A DNA stretch of 64,000 nt from Paragordius varius (taxonomy: Eukaryota > Animalia > Nematomorpha): NCBI GenBank assembly GCA_964247055.1, contig OZ176052.1, forward strand, positions 7,626,001 through 7,690,000, written 5' to 3'. Below the pieces are notes generated by a model, which was not told where the DNA came from, made no database searches, and was given only the letters and a program-made list of their open reading frames with translations. Both the position numbers and the translations under genes were made by a program. Below are positions 13,822 to 26,300 of this stretch, piece by piece (the first letter of the stretch is position 1; each line of letters opens with the position of its first letter).

Positions 13822-14044
13822 TATAAAATTAAATGTCAAGACTGCGACAGTGTATACATAGGACAAACAAAAAGAGGACTAGATGTTAGGATAAAAGAAC
13901 ATAAAACGGCAGTTAGCAAGAATAAAACAAATGATTCTGCTTTGGCATATCCTGCCTTTAAATGCAAACATAAAATAAACTGGGATGCCGAAGTTTTGAT
14001 AGAGAGGAAAATAGAACAAAAAGAATATTGAAGGAAAGTTTTTA

Positions 14045-14218
14045 CAGTAGCGTATGGAGTATAACAATATTAGTCCATAATAGAATAAAAAAAATTTTTT
14101 TTTAAAAAACAATGGGATATTATACATATGTTGTATTTAAAACTAGGATTGTTTTTTTAAAAAAAAACATTTTTTTATTCTTTTATGGACTAATATTGTT
14201 TTACTCCAAACGCCACTG
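14045..14218. mobile_element. Second copy of the same MITE (174 bp, TA TSD), opposite orientation
   Basis: TIRs CAGTAGCGTATGGAGTA / TACTCCAAACGCCACTG; internal CCTAGTT block inverted relative to copy 1. Confidence 0.88.
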
Positions 14219-14376
14219 TATATTAACAAAGAAGGAAATATAATGAACAGAAAGAAGGAACAATATTAATAACATTACAAACTTTTTTCTTATTAACACA
14301 CATGTTTTTTTAGTTTCATATTTCATTTATTTTTAATTTATAATTTAAATTTTAGATTATATTTTAATTTTTTTTT

Positions 14377-14433
14377 AAGTTTGACAAAGATTACTTGTAG
14401 TAATCGAAATATCATAATAAATTTATATAATTT
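14377..14433 (+). ncRNA. Candidate minimal type-I hammerhead ribozyme in the Penelope pseudo-LTR
   Basis: UUGACAA(A) core variant, stem II GAUUAC-UUGUA-GUAAUC, GAAA, stem III AUAU/AUAU, AUA cleavage triplet, weak stem I. Confidence 0.45.
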
Positions 14434-14539
14434 TAGCTGAATTATGCATATATAATAATAGAATCACACTTCAGCGTAAACAATATCCAATGATATACAT
14501 ATTTAATAAAAAAATGTCTTTAATTATTCTTTTACGGGA

Positions 14540-15579
14540 TTTTGCATAGGCTGAAATATTGTTTACTTTAAATTGACTATAATTAATCTGTCCCTTATTA
14601 AAGTTAATATTCAACTATCATGGGATTTATTTTAAAATTTTCTTCTTATGAAATCATGGTTAAAAGTTTTAATTTTAAATTGTGTTCACACAGCTGGGAT
14701 CAAGGGATATCAAAAGCAAATCATTTGCGGTCTCTTTTTGAATGAAAGAATGATATCCCCAGAAATGTGTTTAACTGAACTCGTATGGCTTCTTAAGTTT
14801 TATGACGCCGAGTTAAGTTCTTTGCTTTTATAGGGCAAATATTTGGAATCATATTTGATACCATCGTCTCATGGGTTATTCGCAAAAAATACCTCAACAC
14901 TAAATAATCGTTATATGATGGCGTTTTAGGGCATAAAGGCTCCAAATTAACGGCTAATAAAAACCATACCTTAATTTTTATCTAGTTACGTGTAATATTT
15001 CAAGCTTTTAATGAGCTCATATGGCTTCATAAATTTTCTGTAAATTATTTCTAAAACAATGCAATTTCTATATAGTGGCGCAGTTTTAGTGACTATCTGT
15101 TTACCCAGCAAGCCAACATTAAAAAAACAGAAGACTAAATTTTTGGCTTTTAACAGAGAATAAAACGAAACCTCAGTGAATTTTAACGGTCTCATACTCT
15201 GGGCAAAAAATTATTTAGTTTTTTTGAAAAAAATGGCATTTTACGTGGGGAACGGGTAAAAAGAGAGCCTCAATTAAAAAAGTAAGCCGACTAGGTTCGG
15301 CGCAATCGAAAAAAAGTAAAAATAATCACATTTGAAATCGAATGGTATGACGTTTACCGGAAAATTGTCTCAAAGACACGATTTTTCTGGAATTCTGTTT
15401 TCAAAAAACCCGTTCTCTACACGGGGTGGGCCCGAACTGGGAGCCTAATTCAAAAAAGGGCGAAGCTATTGTCGGGGCATTCATTAATGATTATATTTTT
15501 TTGACATTTGGATTTAAATGGGTCTACCGGTTTTCTGGAAACAAATCACAAAGCCAGCTTTTTCTTATAAATATATAGA
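14540..15579 (-). mobile_element. Non-autonomous Helitron family 1, copy C (5' end intact, 3' end not seen; left boundary approximate)
   Basis: A|TCTATATAT start on the minus strand at 15579; internal sequence shared with the copies at 23151 and 33755. Confidence 0.75.
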
Positions 15580-15720
15580 TTATAATGATCGGAATAGAAA
15601 TGCTGGTATAAACAGTCTTTCCGAACCAGTAGATTTTATGATATATAATCTAAGATGATTGTTATTTTTCTATAACAATTTTGCAAGTTAAAAAACATTT
15701 TTTGTTAAATTGTATTTTTA

Positions 15721-15768
15721 CCACTCGCGACCCAAACGGGGTCGCGACCCATAGTTTAATAAGCCCTG
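15721..15768. mobile_element. DNA-transposon terminal fragment (GGGTCGCGACCC...CCCTG)
   Basis: Palindromic GGGTCGCGACCC subterminal motif ending in CCCTG, resembling hAT-type MITE ends. Confidence 0.4.
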
Positions 15769-16299
15769 CTTTAAATGATAATGAAATGTGAAATTTGTGT
15801 AAATTTTAAAAAAAATAATTTATTTTTAAAAATTTAAAAATATGCGAATATTTTAATCAATATAACAAATTTATTGAAATATTCAAATTCATCAAATGTG
15901 GTAGAAATTTTTATATTATCTTAAAGTGTTTTTATCCCATTTCCATCATGCATCTAAATCAGTGGTATTCAGGAAAAAATTAAAGGGTCCCAAAAAATAT
16001 ATAGGATCATGCACCCTATAATACAGATATGAATTTCAAAGTTGTTTGACTCATTTGTAGATATTTATATTCAAAATTAATAAATCAAATAATATTATTG
16101 CCAAAAAAATTTTTTTGGGAATGAAGCCGATGAGCGGCGGTTTGTGTCTTGATAAATAGTATTAAGATTAACAAACTCGAACATGATAAAAAAACTTAGC
16201 GTAGTATGCCTTTTCTCTATATTTATTTTTTTTTGGATTGATAATCTAGCACTTATTAAAATATTTTATCTCAAAATGGCATTTTTTATTTTATTATTA

Positions 16300-17040
16300 C
16301 ATTTTGTGGTAGTTTTCTATTCCAAAGCGATTTAAATTTTAATATCTTAAAATATATTTAAGGTATTAAGCCAAATTTGAAAATTTGTTTTCTTTAGCGT
16401 TTTAGGCGCATTATTTAATTACTAAAAATAAATGTAAAATCGAAAAAAAACCATCTCAAACTTTTTTGCCGTCATTTTTACATTTTTTTAACGCTTTATT
16501 ACCTTTTGGGGTAGTTTTATACCCCAGAGCGATGTCTAATTTGAATATCTTTGAGCCGAAATAAAAATATGCTTTCTGTAGTCTTCTTGCATTGAATTTT
16601 TTTTAAAAATGTCAAATTTAAAAAAAAATTCATCTCAAACGTTTAGGTCGCCATTTTTTTACTATATTGCCAAAACTGTAGTACAAAATTTAGCTCTGAA
16701 ATATAAAACTACCCCAAAGACAAAAACTAAAAAGTAACGAATTGTAAATCAATAATCTAACGGGCTAAATGTTTTTTATGCTTAAATAATGTAAATAATT
16801 AACTAAAAATCAGGTTACATTTTACCAGCAAAAACTTAATATATTTTAATTCTAATAAAAGTTCTTCCTTTCAATTATGTTTTGGAGATGTCCCAATTTT
16901 AGATTTTTTTACAAAAATGTAATGAGTTTATTGATCATACGTGAAGCAATGTTTGATATTTAAATTTAACTAATATAACTTTCAAAACTGTTAACAAATT
17001 AGAGCTCTGGGAAATAAAACTACCCCAAAAGGTGAACTAG
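16300..17040. repeat. Dispersed AT-rich repeat family (two tandem copies here; relatives near 28915-29070, 45520-45800, 63410-63600)
   Basis: Shared block GGGTAGTTTT..CCAGAGCGAT..AATATCTT..TTTAAG..TTTAGGCGCATT at all sites. Confidence 0.6.
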
Positions 17041-17356
17041 GACGAAAATGTCAAAAGGTAATGATGTGTTAATAGTTTCAAACCCATATCTAAAAATTGA
17101 ATTTATATAAAAAATTGGTTATGTTTTTTGAATGTAATACATATATTTTAATGATATTTTTTGGATTTAGCTTTTACCAGTTTATTTTTATCTAATAAAA
17201 TGTACGCTAATTTCGAGATTTAACGATATCGAGCAACCTAAAAGCATAAGAATTCTGTACGTTTATCTAACATAGTATAAATGTTTCATCTGGATGCCCG
17301 ATTTAGGAGGCATTCTTAACACATTTTCAAGCAAATACTACCAATAAGCTGTTTAA

Positions 17357-20300
17357 ATGGAACTTGTTGAAGGTATTCAAATATTTATAAAGGGGAAGAA
17401 GGTGAATTAAGTGAGCACGATTGTAAAACGAAAAATAATACAACTGATACAAAAAGCAGTGAAAGTGAAAAACAATCCGACGAAGGTGAATCTAACGACC
17501 CTTTTATTAATGCTAAAAATATGGTCGATGGGATTGGATCATTTTTGGCAGAATATAAGGATGATCTAGTTACATATATTTTTAATTTTAAGAAGGAACA
17601 TACGGCAAAATGTCAAAAAAATGTGGAGGTTCAAAAGAACGAAGTTTTTTAGCTAAATTTAACATATTATTTAGGTGTTATATAGTATGGAAAGAGAAAT
17701 GAAACCTAACAAAGGTTCTTTATAATTTATATTTTAATATACGCTATTATTTTATTTTTAATAAAAAACATTGTCTTATTTTTTTAATGAGTTTTTATAA
17801 CCAAATATTCTAAAAATGTCCAGATAATATTTAATTGTTTTAAGCCTTAAATCTCTTGATTTGTTGATAATATTTTTAAAAGTTTAAAGTTTTATTTTTC
17901 ATTTACAGGGACTGTAAGGGAACGTTTTAACAAAAACACGGTACATTGTGTCTCAAATTATTTCTAAGTTAATAATAAAAGCGTATTATCTCAATGTTAT
18001 GAAAATATAATGGAAACGGAACATAAGATAAAAAACAAAAAAAAACCGTTCTTCTTTTAATATCTCTTTTTACTTTTACCTAATTTATTAATTGTTTTAA
18101 AGCTTTTTTTCATTATTAGTATTTGATTTTTATGATTATTTTATTATCAAGATAATGGCGAACGAATACCTCGATCGTTTGGCGGAAGTACTAAGAACCC
18201 CCAAAACGTTACTCGCTTACAAAAATATTATGGAGATGTTGAGGAATTGTATGACCCCGAAGATTTAGACGATTATGATAGTGAATTGTTGGATAAGAAA
18301 AGCAATTTGAATGACCACATTGATGAAATCAATAAAAACGAGTTTTATTGTGAGGTATGTATATATTTTAACCCTTTATTATGCTGTTTAAAAGATAAAA
18401 TGAATTTTTTACATGCAAGTTGTTGCCGATAGAATCTATTTTATGTCTTTAAACAGGATATCATCTGTTTTTTATATCTTTTCGAAATAATAAATTTAAA
18501 TTGAAAGCTTTTACTGTCATTTAACATCCAGAGTTTTTAGTGTTATTGTTATCGTGAAGTTGAGTATATGTTTTTTTTAATATTTACCTATCATTTATGT
18601 GATGAACTTTAATGATATAATATTTTTGATTTTCTAAATTATTCTAATTAGGCTTAATGATTTCAAGTAATGTTATCAATGTCCTGGTTAAGTTTAACGA
18701 AACTCACTAAATCATTTTTTTTATAAATTACAATATATTAAATTTTTATATTGTTAATTTGTTTCTTTATGCAGATATGTGATATACGCATGAATGGAAA
18801 ACAAAGTTTTGATGCTCATATTCGTGGAAACAAACATTTTAAAGTAAGATTTAAAACACGGTTGGGCTTTTGATCTGTTAAATTTTTTATAACTAGTCTG
18901 ACTTGTTTATGCAGTTGTTTCAATAAATGTATTTGTAGATAAATTAAACTTATCAAAATTTACAAACCATTAAAGTTTTAAACAAATAATATATTTTTTA
19001 TAGATGATATAATTTCACATTTAAATACCATCTTATTTCATATCACATGATTAACATATGTCTATTTTCGACTAATTTTTTGGCGGCACAGTCACGGTAA
19101 TGATTTTTTCTGCATGTATGATCGACGCAATCTAATATCAACTCATTTTTCAATATATTATTTTTAACACATTTTTTAGAAGCTAAAGAAGATACAAGAA
19201 GGTATTTATTTTTTATTCTATTTGTCTTCTCTTATTAATTAATTCAAAAATATGTGTGTACCTAGCTTCTCAAGCTGCAAAGAAACAGGAGACCAAAGCT
19301 TATGTTGAACCAATTATCACGGAATCATCGGATTTGAAGCCAGTAGACGTTACGCTCTCCAAAATTGTGGAACCTCTTATTGGTATATTTAATAAATCGT
19401 TATAGTTTGACCTTAGGTTTAACCTAAATCAAAAGTAACAATTTATAGTTGATAACAACACTTGTTATACTATCAAATTTTTTTGGAAATTGTTTCTTAT
19501 CAACAAAAAATTGCTGCTGATGAATTATTGATTTAAAAAAAATCTAGTTTTTGAATCAAAAAATGGTCTTCGCAATAAAACATAGGTTATAAATGAAAAA
19601 GTGTTACTAAAATAAAATAAACATACTACTAGTCATATTTTTTTGCCTGAATTCTTCATTTTGAATACTTACATATAACGATTTTTTGCCCTTTATCAAA
19701 TGTAGTGAAAATAAATTAAAGGAAATCAACACTCTTCAATGATAATAAATATCTTCCATAATCATTATTATTAGCCAAAGCTAACAATGAAACAATAATA
19801 TTTTTTTGGAAGCAGTTGCGAATGTCGCAATTAAATATACGGAGTATACTTACTTGCGACACCAACAACTGTTTTCAAGAAAGGATCAAATTTTATAACA
19901 TTAATTGGTTTAAAACATTTTAGCAATTACACTATATTATAAAAATCCTTTAATATTTGTGACTATTTCTATTATTCGCACTCAAAATTTATATTCATGC
20001 CCTAGGTTTGCAATTTATCGTTGAATTAAAAAGCAAAGTTGATAATGAACCCAGATACTTATGTGAGCTATGTGACAAAAAAGCTGACATGCGTACTCTG
20101 GAATCGCATCTTATAAGCTACGTACACCGATGGAATTATATTGTAAAATAGTATTATTACTCCATTATCATACTTCCGCAAAAATTAATTATTAATTTGG
20201 GCATTTTATGTATTGGAATGTTGAAATTAATTTTTGCCAAATGATATTTGACATATTTCGCAAAGTGTGACAATCTCGCCGATGTAACAATATTTGATGA

Positions 20301-23300
20301 TCTAATGTAGAACATCGGTATAATTGTGCAAAAGTATAAAAATTATAACGACCTTGACATTATTAGGGCCGTTATCATTTTTCTATGAATTAACAAATAT
20401 ACCAATTTTCTGCTATGAAGCCCAAAATAATTATGAATTAGTCATTAATGTTTTATTTGTGCCATAAGCTAACAAGACACGGAATCGATATACAGTCAAT
20501 TTATTATTAGCCACTTCACATTATTTCTGGCCGATTGGCAATAGAGTAGCATATGGATTAAAAGTAACAATTGTAACTAAACAATTTTCCCATCTTACAA
20601 CATTAAATTTGTTTATTTATTATGGACAAAATTTGTTTTATATCATACGTTAGTGTGTTGCCAATTGGCCAACAATAAAGTGGGTATTGTATTTAAAAAA
20701 TAATAATAATAACTATTTATTACCTTGATTTTCGCTATTTCTTATAATGATCCCATGTGTAAAAAATAATGGTTCACCAATCGCTGTTGACCTTATTATT
20801 AAAAAAAATTATAAATTTTAAGACTATACAAAAAGAATTTTTTATATGTATAAATTGCTTTTTTATCCTTCCCATGAGTATATTTACCATTAGCATTTTT
20901 CGGTATTTTGTTAGAAATTAAATTATCCATACTTTGCTGATGAAATACGGGAATTTGGACCCAAAAAATCTGATCGTACACCGCATATGTCATACTATTC
21001 CGAACGTATTGAGTACGAAGAAAATAAGCCTCGTCAGGTATATAACACAAGCTTTTACAATAAATTTTTTATGATAAAGTTTTCTTTTTGTGAGCTTAGT
21101 TTTATCTAAATAATGATTATAGATTAAAAGGCAAATGATTGTGGATGCAAAACAAGTATTCACAGCGGATGATGCAATCCAACACGCCTCGTTTCATCAT
21201 GGTATAGGTATGATATATGTTACAATATCTTTTTACCTAACCTTTTTTAAGCACAATAAAAATTGTTTTATTAGTATATTATTAACTGGATATAAGTATG
21301 TAATATATTGGCATGCACGGCTTGTAAACTTTATATATTTTGTGTGATACTTATTTATATTCTTTAAAAATATTTTTATTAAATCTATTTTACATATTTA
21401 TATTTTTAGATATCCATGAGACATCAACGTCAAAAAGTTCCCAATTAGACCAAGTTCATGATTTTTTGCGCCACTTAAAAACCAAACCTATTGCACCACC
21501 AAGTATTTATAATATTAAATTAATGGCATTATTGTTGTAAACTATTTTTTAGATATATATATTTTTCATTGACCCTTTCTTTCAAAAATATTATTATCCG
21601 ATAATTACTATTATTGATTGCACAATATTTTTTTTTCAATATGTTTTTTTAATAATGATTGGTTATTGACCATAATACTTAGAAAATACATTCATTTATA
21701 TGGGTTCGCCATTAAATGACGGTACATCTGTTTTTTCCAATCTTTTCTTGATTTGTCTAATTCTAGATTTTAATTAAGCGATTCGTGGTCTTTTGTTATT
21801 GTGTTAAACCACGAGGTATGCGGTTGGCCGGATTTTGCTGGTGTTCAACCTATTAATTTTTCATAGTTTTAAGAATGTGGGTATCTTTCCGTCTTTAAAC
21901 ATGTCCAGCCCATTGTAACGGGAGATTTCTAATGACGTTTTTGATGGGGTTTAGATTAAGTATATGGTACGGGTTTATGGATTCGGTATAATTGAATTTA
22001 GATGGATTGTGTGCGAATAATATTGTTTTCAATAATTTGGATTCAGGGTTTATGAGTTGGGATTCATTTGTTTTTGACATTGGCCAGGGTTCGGATCCGT
22101 ATCTGATGACGGACGAATGGCTACTGTGTAAATGGCACACTTAGTTTATAATTTGTTATTTATTATTAATTTTAACGAATGATATTTTTTCCACATTTGT
22201 GATATGCGTGTTTTATTCCGCCACTGGCTGATATCATATCGCCCAAGTAGCTGAAAGTGCTTACTGTTTCAATACTAAAAGGGTTGTTCCCGAGCATTTG
22301 TAAAAATTATATTACTATTATTATTTAAACATCCCGAGCATTTGTAATTTTTATCGTAATAATTTGGAGTTTTGAGACTACTACATATGTGTACCCATAG
22401 AGAACATGAATTACAGCGTACGGAATTTGATTTAAATTCTTTTATTAGACATTAATTTAGTTTTGGAGAAATTGACCTTAAGTCCGTAACTTTGAAGGGT
22501 GTTATTCCACAAACGAATTTTCGCTATGAGATCGCTTTCGGATGTCGATGTTATTACAAGATCATCGGCGTAAAAAATTTGGTGTGGCATGCCGGTTGCG
22601 ATGTCATAAATTATTTCTTCCATAATGACATTGAAGAGGGTCGGTAACATGTGGTGGATTCTATTTTTTATTAAAAAACTTTTACTTAGTCCAAACGGAA
22701 TTTTAATTTGGGCTCTGGTATTTCGGTATAAGATCATTATTGAGGTTATCAACCATTCGTCAATGCCTTGACGCCTAAGAGCCCATGGTATAAGGTCTCT
22801 TGGATTGGCAGCAAAAGTTCGTTCCAATTCAAGAAAAGCGTAGTATAAAGGAGATTTTTTAATGTATGCGCTTTGAAGTTGTCTTAGCGTGAATATGGCT
22901 AATTCATTTGTGGAATGACACCCTACAAAGTTACGGACTTAAAGTCAATTTCTCCAAAACTAAGCTAATGTCTGATGATTACACCTCTAAAAACCCGTGC
23001 AACATATATAAAAAAGAAGTTAAATCAAATTCCATACGCCAAATTCTTGTTCTCTATGGGTACATAGTCTCAAAATTCTAAATGATTACGATAAAAATTA
23101 CAAATGTTCGGGTAAAACGTCAATTTATATCATTTTATTTATATAATATACTAGCGTAAATCTCGTGCTGCTACGCAGCCCGAGGAAGTCCTTCGGACTT
23201 CTGGGGGGGTTTCAAATGGATTTGAATGGGTCTACCGGTTTTCCGGTACCAGATCACAAAGTTACATGAGGAATCAGTTTTTAGCGGGTAGCTCCTTACC

Positions 23301-26300
23301 CAGCAGCTATCATCAAAGAAACGCCTGACTAAAATTTTTGCCTTTTAACAGGGAATAGGTGGAACCCATATTGAATATTTACTGTCTCATACTTAGGGCG
23401 AAAAATAGATTTAAAAAATTATTTTTGTGGACTTTGTTTTTTGAAAAAAAATGGCATTTTACGGGGGTAGCGGGTAAAAAGAGGGCCTAAATCAAAAAAG
23501 TGAGTCGACTATGTTCAGCGCGATCAAAAATAAGTAAACAAAAATCATATTTGAAATTGAATGGTCCAACACGTTCTCCAAAAAATTGACTTAACCCATT
23601 TTTCACACGGGATGGGCCCGAACTGGGGATCTAATTCCAAAAACGGGCGAAGCTATTGTTGGGACATTTATTTATGATTATATTTTTTCGATATTTGGAT
23701 TTGATTGCGTTCACCGGTTTTCCGGAAACAGATCACAAAGTTGCATGAGAAATCAGTTTTTAGCGGGTAGCTCCTAACCCAACAGCTATCATCCAAGAAA
23801 CGCTTGACTAAAATTTTTGCCTTTTAACAGGGAATACGTGGAATCTTTATTGCATTTTTACGGTCTCATACCTAGGGCGAAAAATCGATTTAAAAAAATA
23901 TTTTTGTGGACTTTGTTTTTTGAAAAAGGTGGCATTTTACGGGGGGAGCGGGTAAAAAGAGGGCCTAAATCAAAAAAGTGACTCGACTATGTTCGGCGCA
24001 ATCGAAAATAAGTAAACAAAAATTATATTTGAAATTGAATGGTCCAACATATTCTCAAAATTGTCTCAAAGACACGATTTTTGTGGACTTGTGTTTTCAA
24101 AAAAAACCCGTTTTTCACACGGGGTGGGCCCGTACTGGGGGCCTATTTCAAAAAAAAGGGCGAAGCTATTGTCGGGGCATTCATTAATGATTATATTTTT
24201 TCGATATTTGGATTTGAATGGGTCTACCGGTTTTCCTGTACCAGATCACAAAGCCAGCATTTTCCATTTTTATAAATATATAGATAAATTGATTTTATAA
24301 ATAATTTATTTATTTTGTTAGGTAAAAAATCAAGCACTAAACGAGCCCTTTCCCCACCCTCTTTAAAGGATAATATATCATATGCGGAATACAAGTAAGT
24401 ATTCTGTATTATTTCAAATTTTACAAATAAATCAATATAAATTTGGACAATTCATTTTATATATGAAATGTTTTTAAATAGCTTTTTTCATTGTTTTCTA
24501 CTGCAGGGAGTTTATGGAATTTCAGAAATTTAAGAAGCAAATGGATTTGCAACGTGGAGGATTTGGATCTGCCATTGATTTTCCAGATTACCTGGGGTCT
24601 GATGGTCAAAGGCTCGGTAATAAATTACGCTTTATAAAAAATAAGATGTGTATTTATAATAGTATTTTAAATTAACGGTATTGCCATGGTTATATTAGTA
24701 ATATCCAATAATTTTGCGTTTATTGAAAAATACGTATTGTGTATTATTGAATTTGCATACCTTTTATTAAATTTTAATTTATATATTTTACTTTACTTTG
24801 TAGCTACTCGTTTAACATATACAAGCCAATTGTATTTCAAATATATTTATTTTAAAAATTCTGAGCAGTTCTATTATTCACAACAAACAATTAATATTTT
24901 TGTTCACATTCACCGCACATATATATCTTATGAGTAATGCATTGCATTAAAAATCTTTTTTTATTGTTTGTTATCTGTTAACTGTCATATATATATATAT
25001 ATATATATATATGATTGCGCTATATTATTAAAAATAATTACATTGCATGTTTTTATAGGTAATAATACTTTTTTGAACAACCCTCATATGCCAATAATAC
25101 GCCAACCAAATCAACAAGTTTTAGGATACGGTAATAATGTAGGTGCCGTCGTTGGTCCATCAACCAAATATAATCCATTAGATACAGAGTGAGTAACTAA
25201 CTATACGTTGCTAGTTTTTTATTTAATATTGCCAAATAGCATTTATGGTAAAGAGCATTTTACCTGGCTAAAAGGATAAGAAAATCCGAAAATAATATTT
25301 ATATTTTATTATGAACCAAATAAGCCAATCTATCACAACATTTCTCTTTGCTTTAAAACAGTTTTAGTCACCAAAAATTTTTAAAGGGTCAAAAAAATAT
25401 TTTTCTTGTCTTAAGGGCTTAAATGCTCTTTAACACCTTTGCAGATATTTATATAGAAAATAAGTATTTCATGCTCATAAGTAAGCGCTTTTAGGGACGC
25501 AATTTGAGTATTACTCCTCTAAAAGCTATATGGTAACGACGCATAAAAAAAGACTAGCAAGTAGGGTTGTGCTGATCAAGTCATGACCAGGTCAGTGACT
25601 ATATATTTTTTGACCATAGTCATAAAAAAAACAGCTGTTTTTTGAAAAATTGCTGTAATTTTTTTTTGAAAGAGAGATAGTAAGATTTTATTGTTTTTAA
25701 ATATATTTTTAAAAAATATAAATTAAGTATTTTAATATGCTTATTTAACAATATAAAATTGTTGAACATGCATCCTTTTTAACATAAGCATTTTAGGCAT
25801 ATCCAAATATTTTGAAAAACAAAACAATCAAGCACTTTGCAAAATAAATTATTCCATATATATGAACCAATAAAATGAAAAAACATTTTATAATCGGATT
25901 TAATGAAAGAAAGTGTAAAACCAACTAGGTAAAATTTTATTTTAATTATCCAGTACTAAAAGCTATGTATTTGAAGATTCAGAAGGCCAACATGTGCCAA
26001 AATTTATTTGAACACAAAATCGATTAAATTTGATTGAAAATATTTGTAAATAATAAATATAAAATATGTACAATACATTTTAAAAACGCAAGTGTCGTTC
26101 GAACATTATTTTTACATTCCAATATCGCATGATATTTCCTTAGGTAAAAGTGGTCATGACCATGGTCTGACTCGGTCTGACCGGACTTTTTTGAAAAATC
26201 AGTCAAATGCACAACCCTACTAGCAAGCATATTTACTCACACTATAATATTAATATACCAATGTTAATAGATTAATGTCTGGTTCCCAGCATCATCATCA

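Larger units (their letters stand above)
13473..14448 (+). mobile_element. Penelope-like retroelement remnant: GIY-YIG endonuclease C-terminus flanked by inverted pseudo-LTR segments (13473-13541 and 14378-14448)
   Basis: After removing two MITEs the frame reads KYTIIFKPFNNIYKLL...[32 protein letters not shown]...SALA...HKINWD and, after a frameshift, RILKESFYINKEGNIMNRK. Confidence 0.88.

Noticed and set aside
23978-24300. Overlapping short ORFs (also 34727-35194)
   Set aside because: They lie inside Helitron repeat units, start at non-ATG codons or lack homology, and differ between copies.
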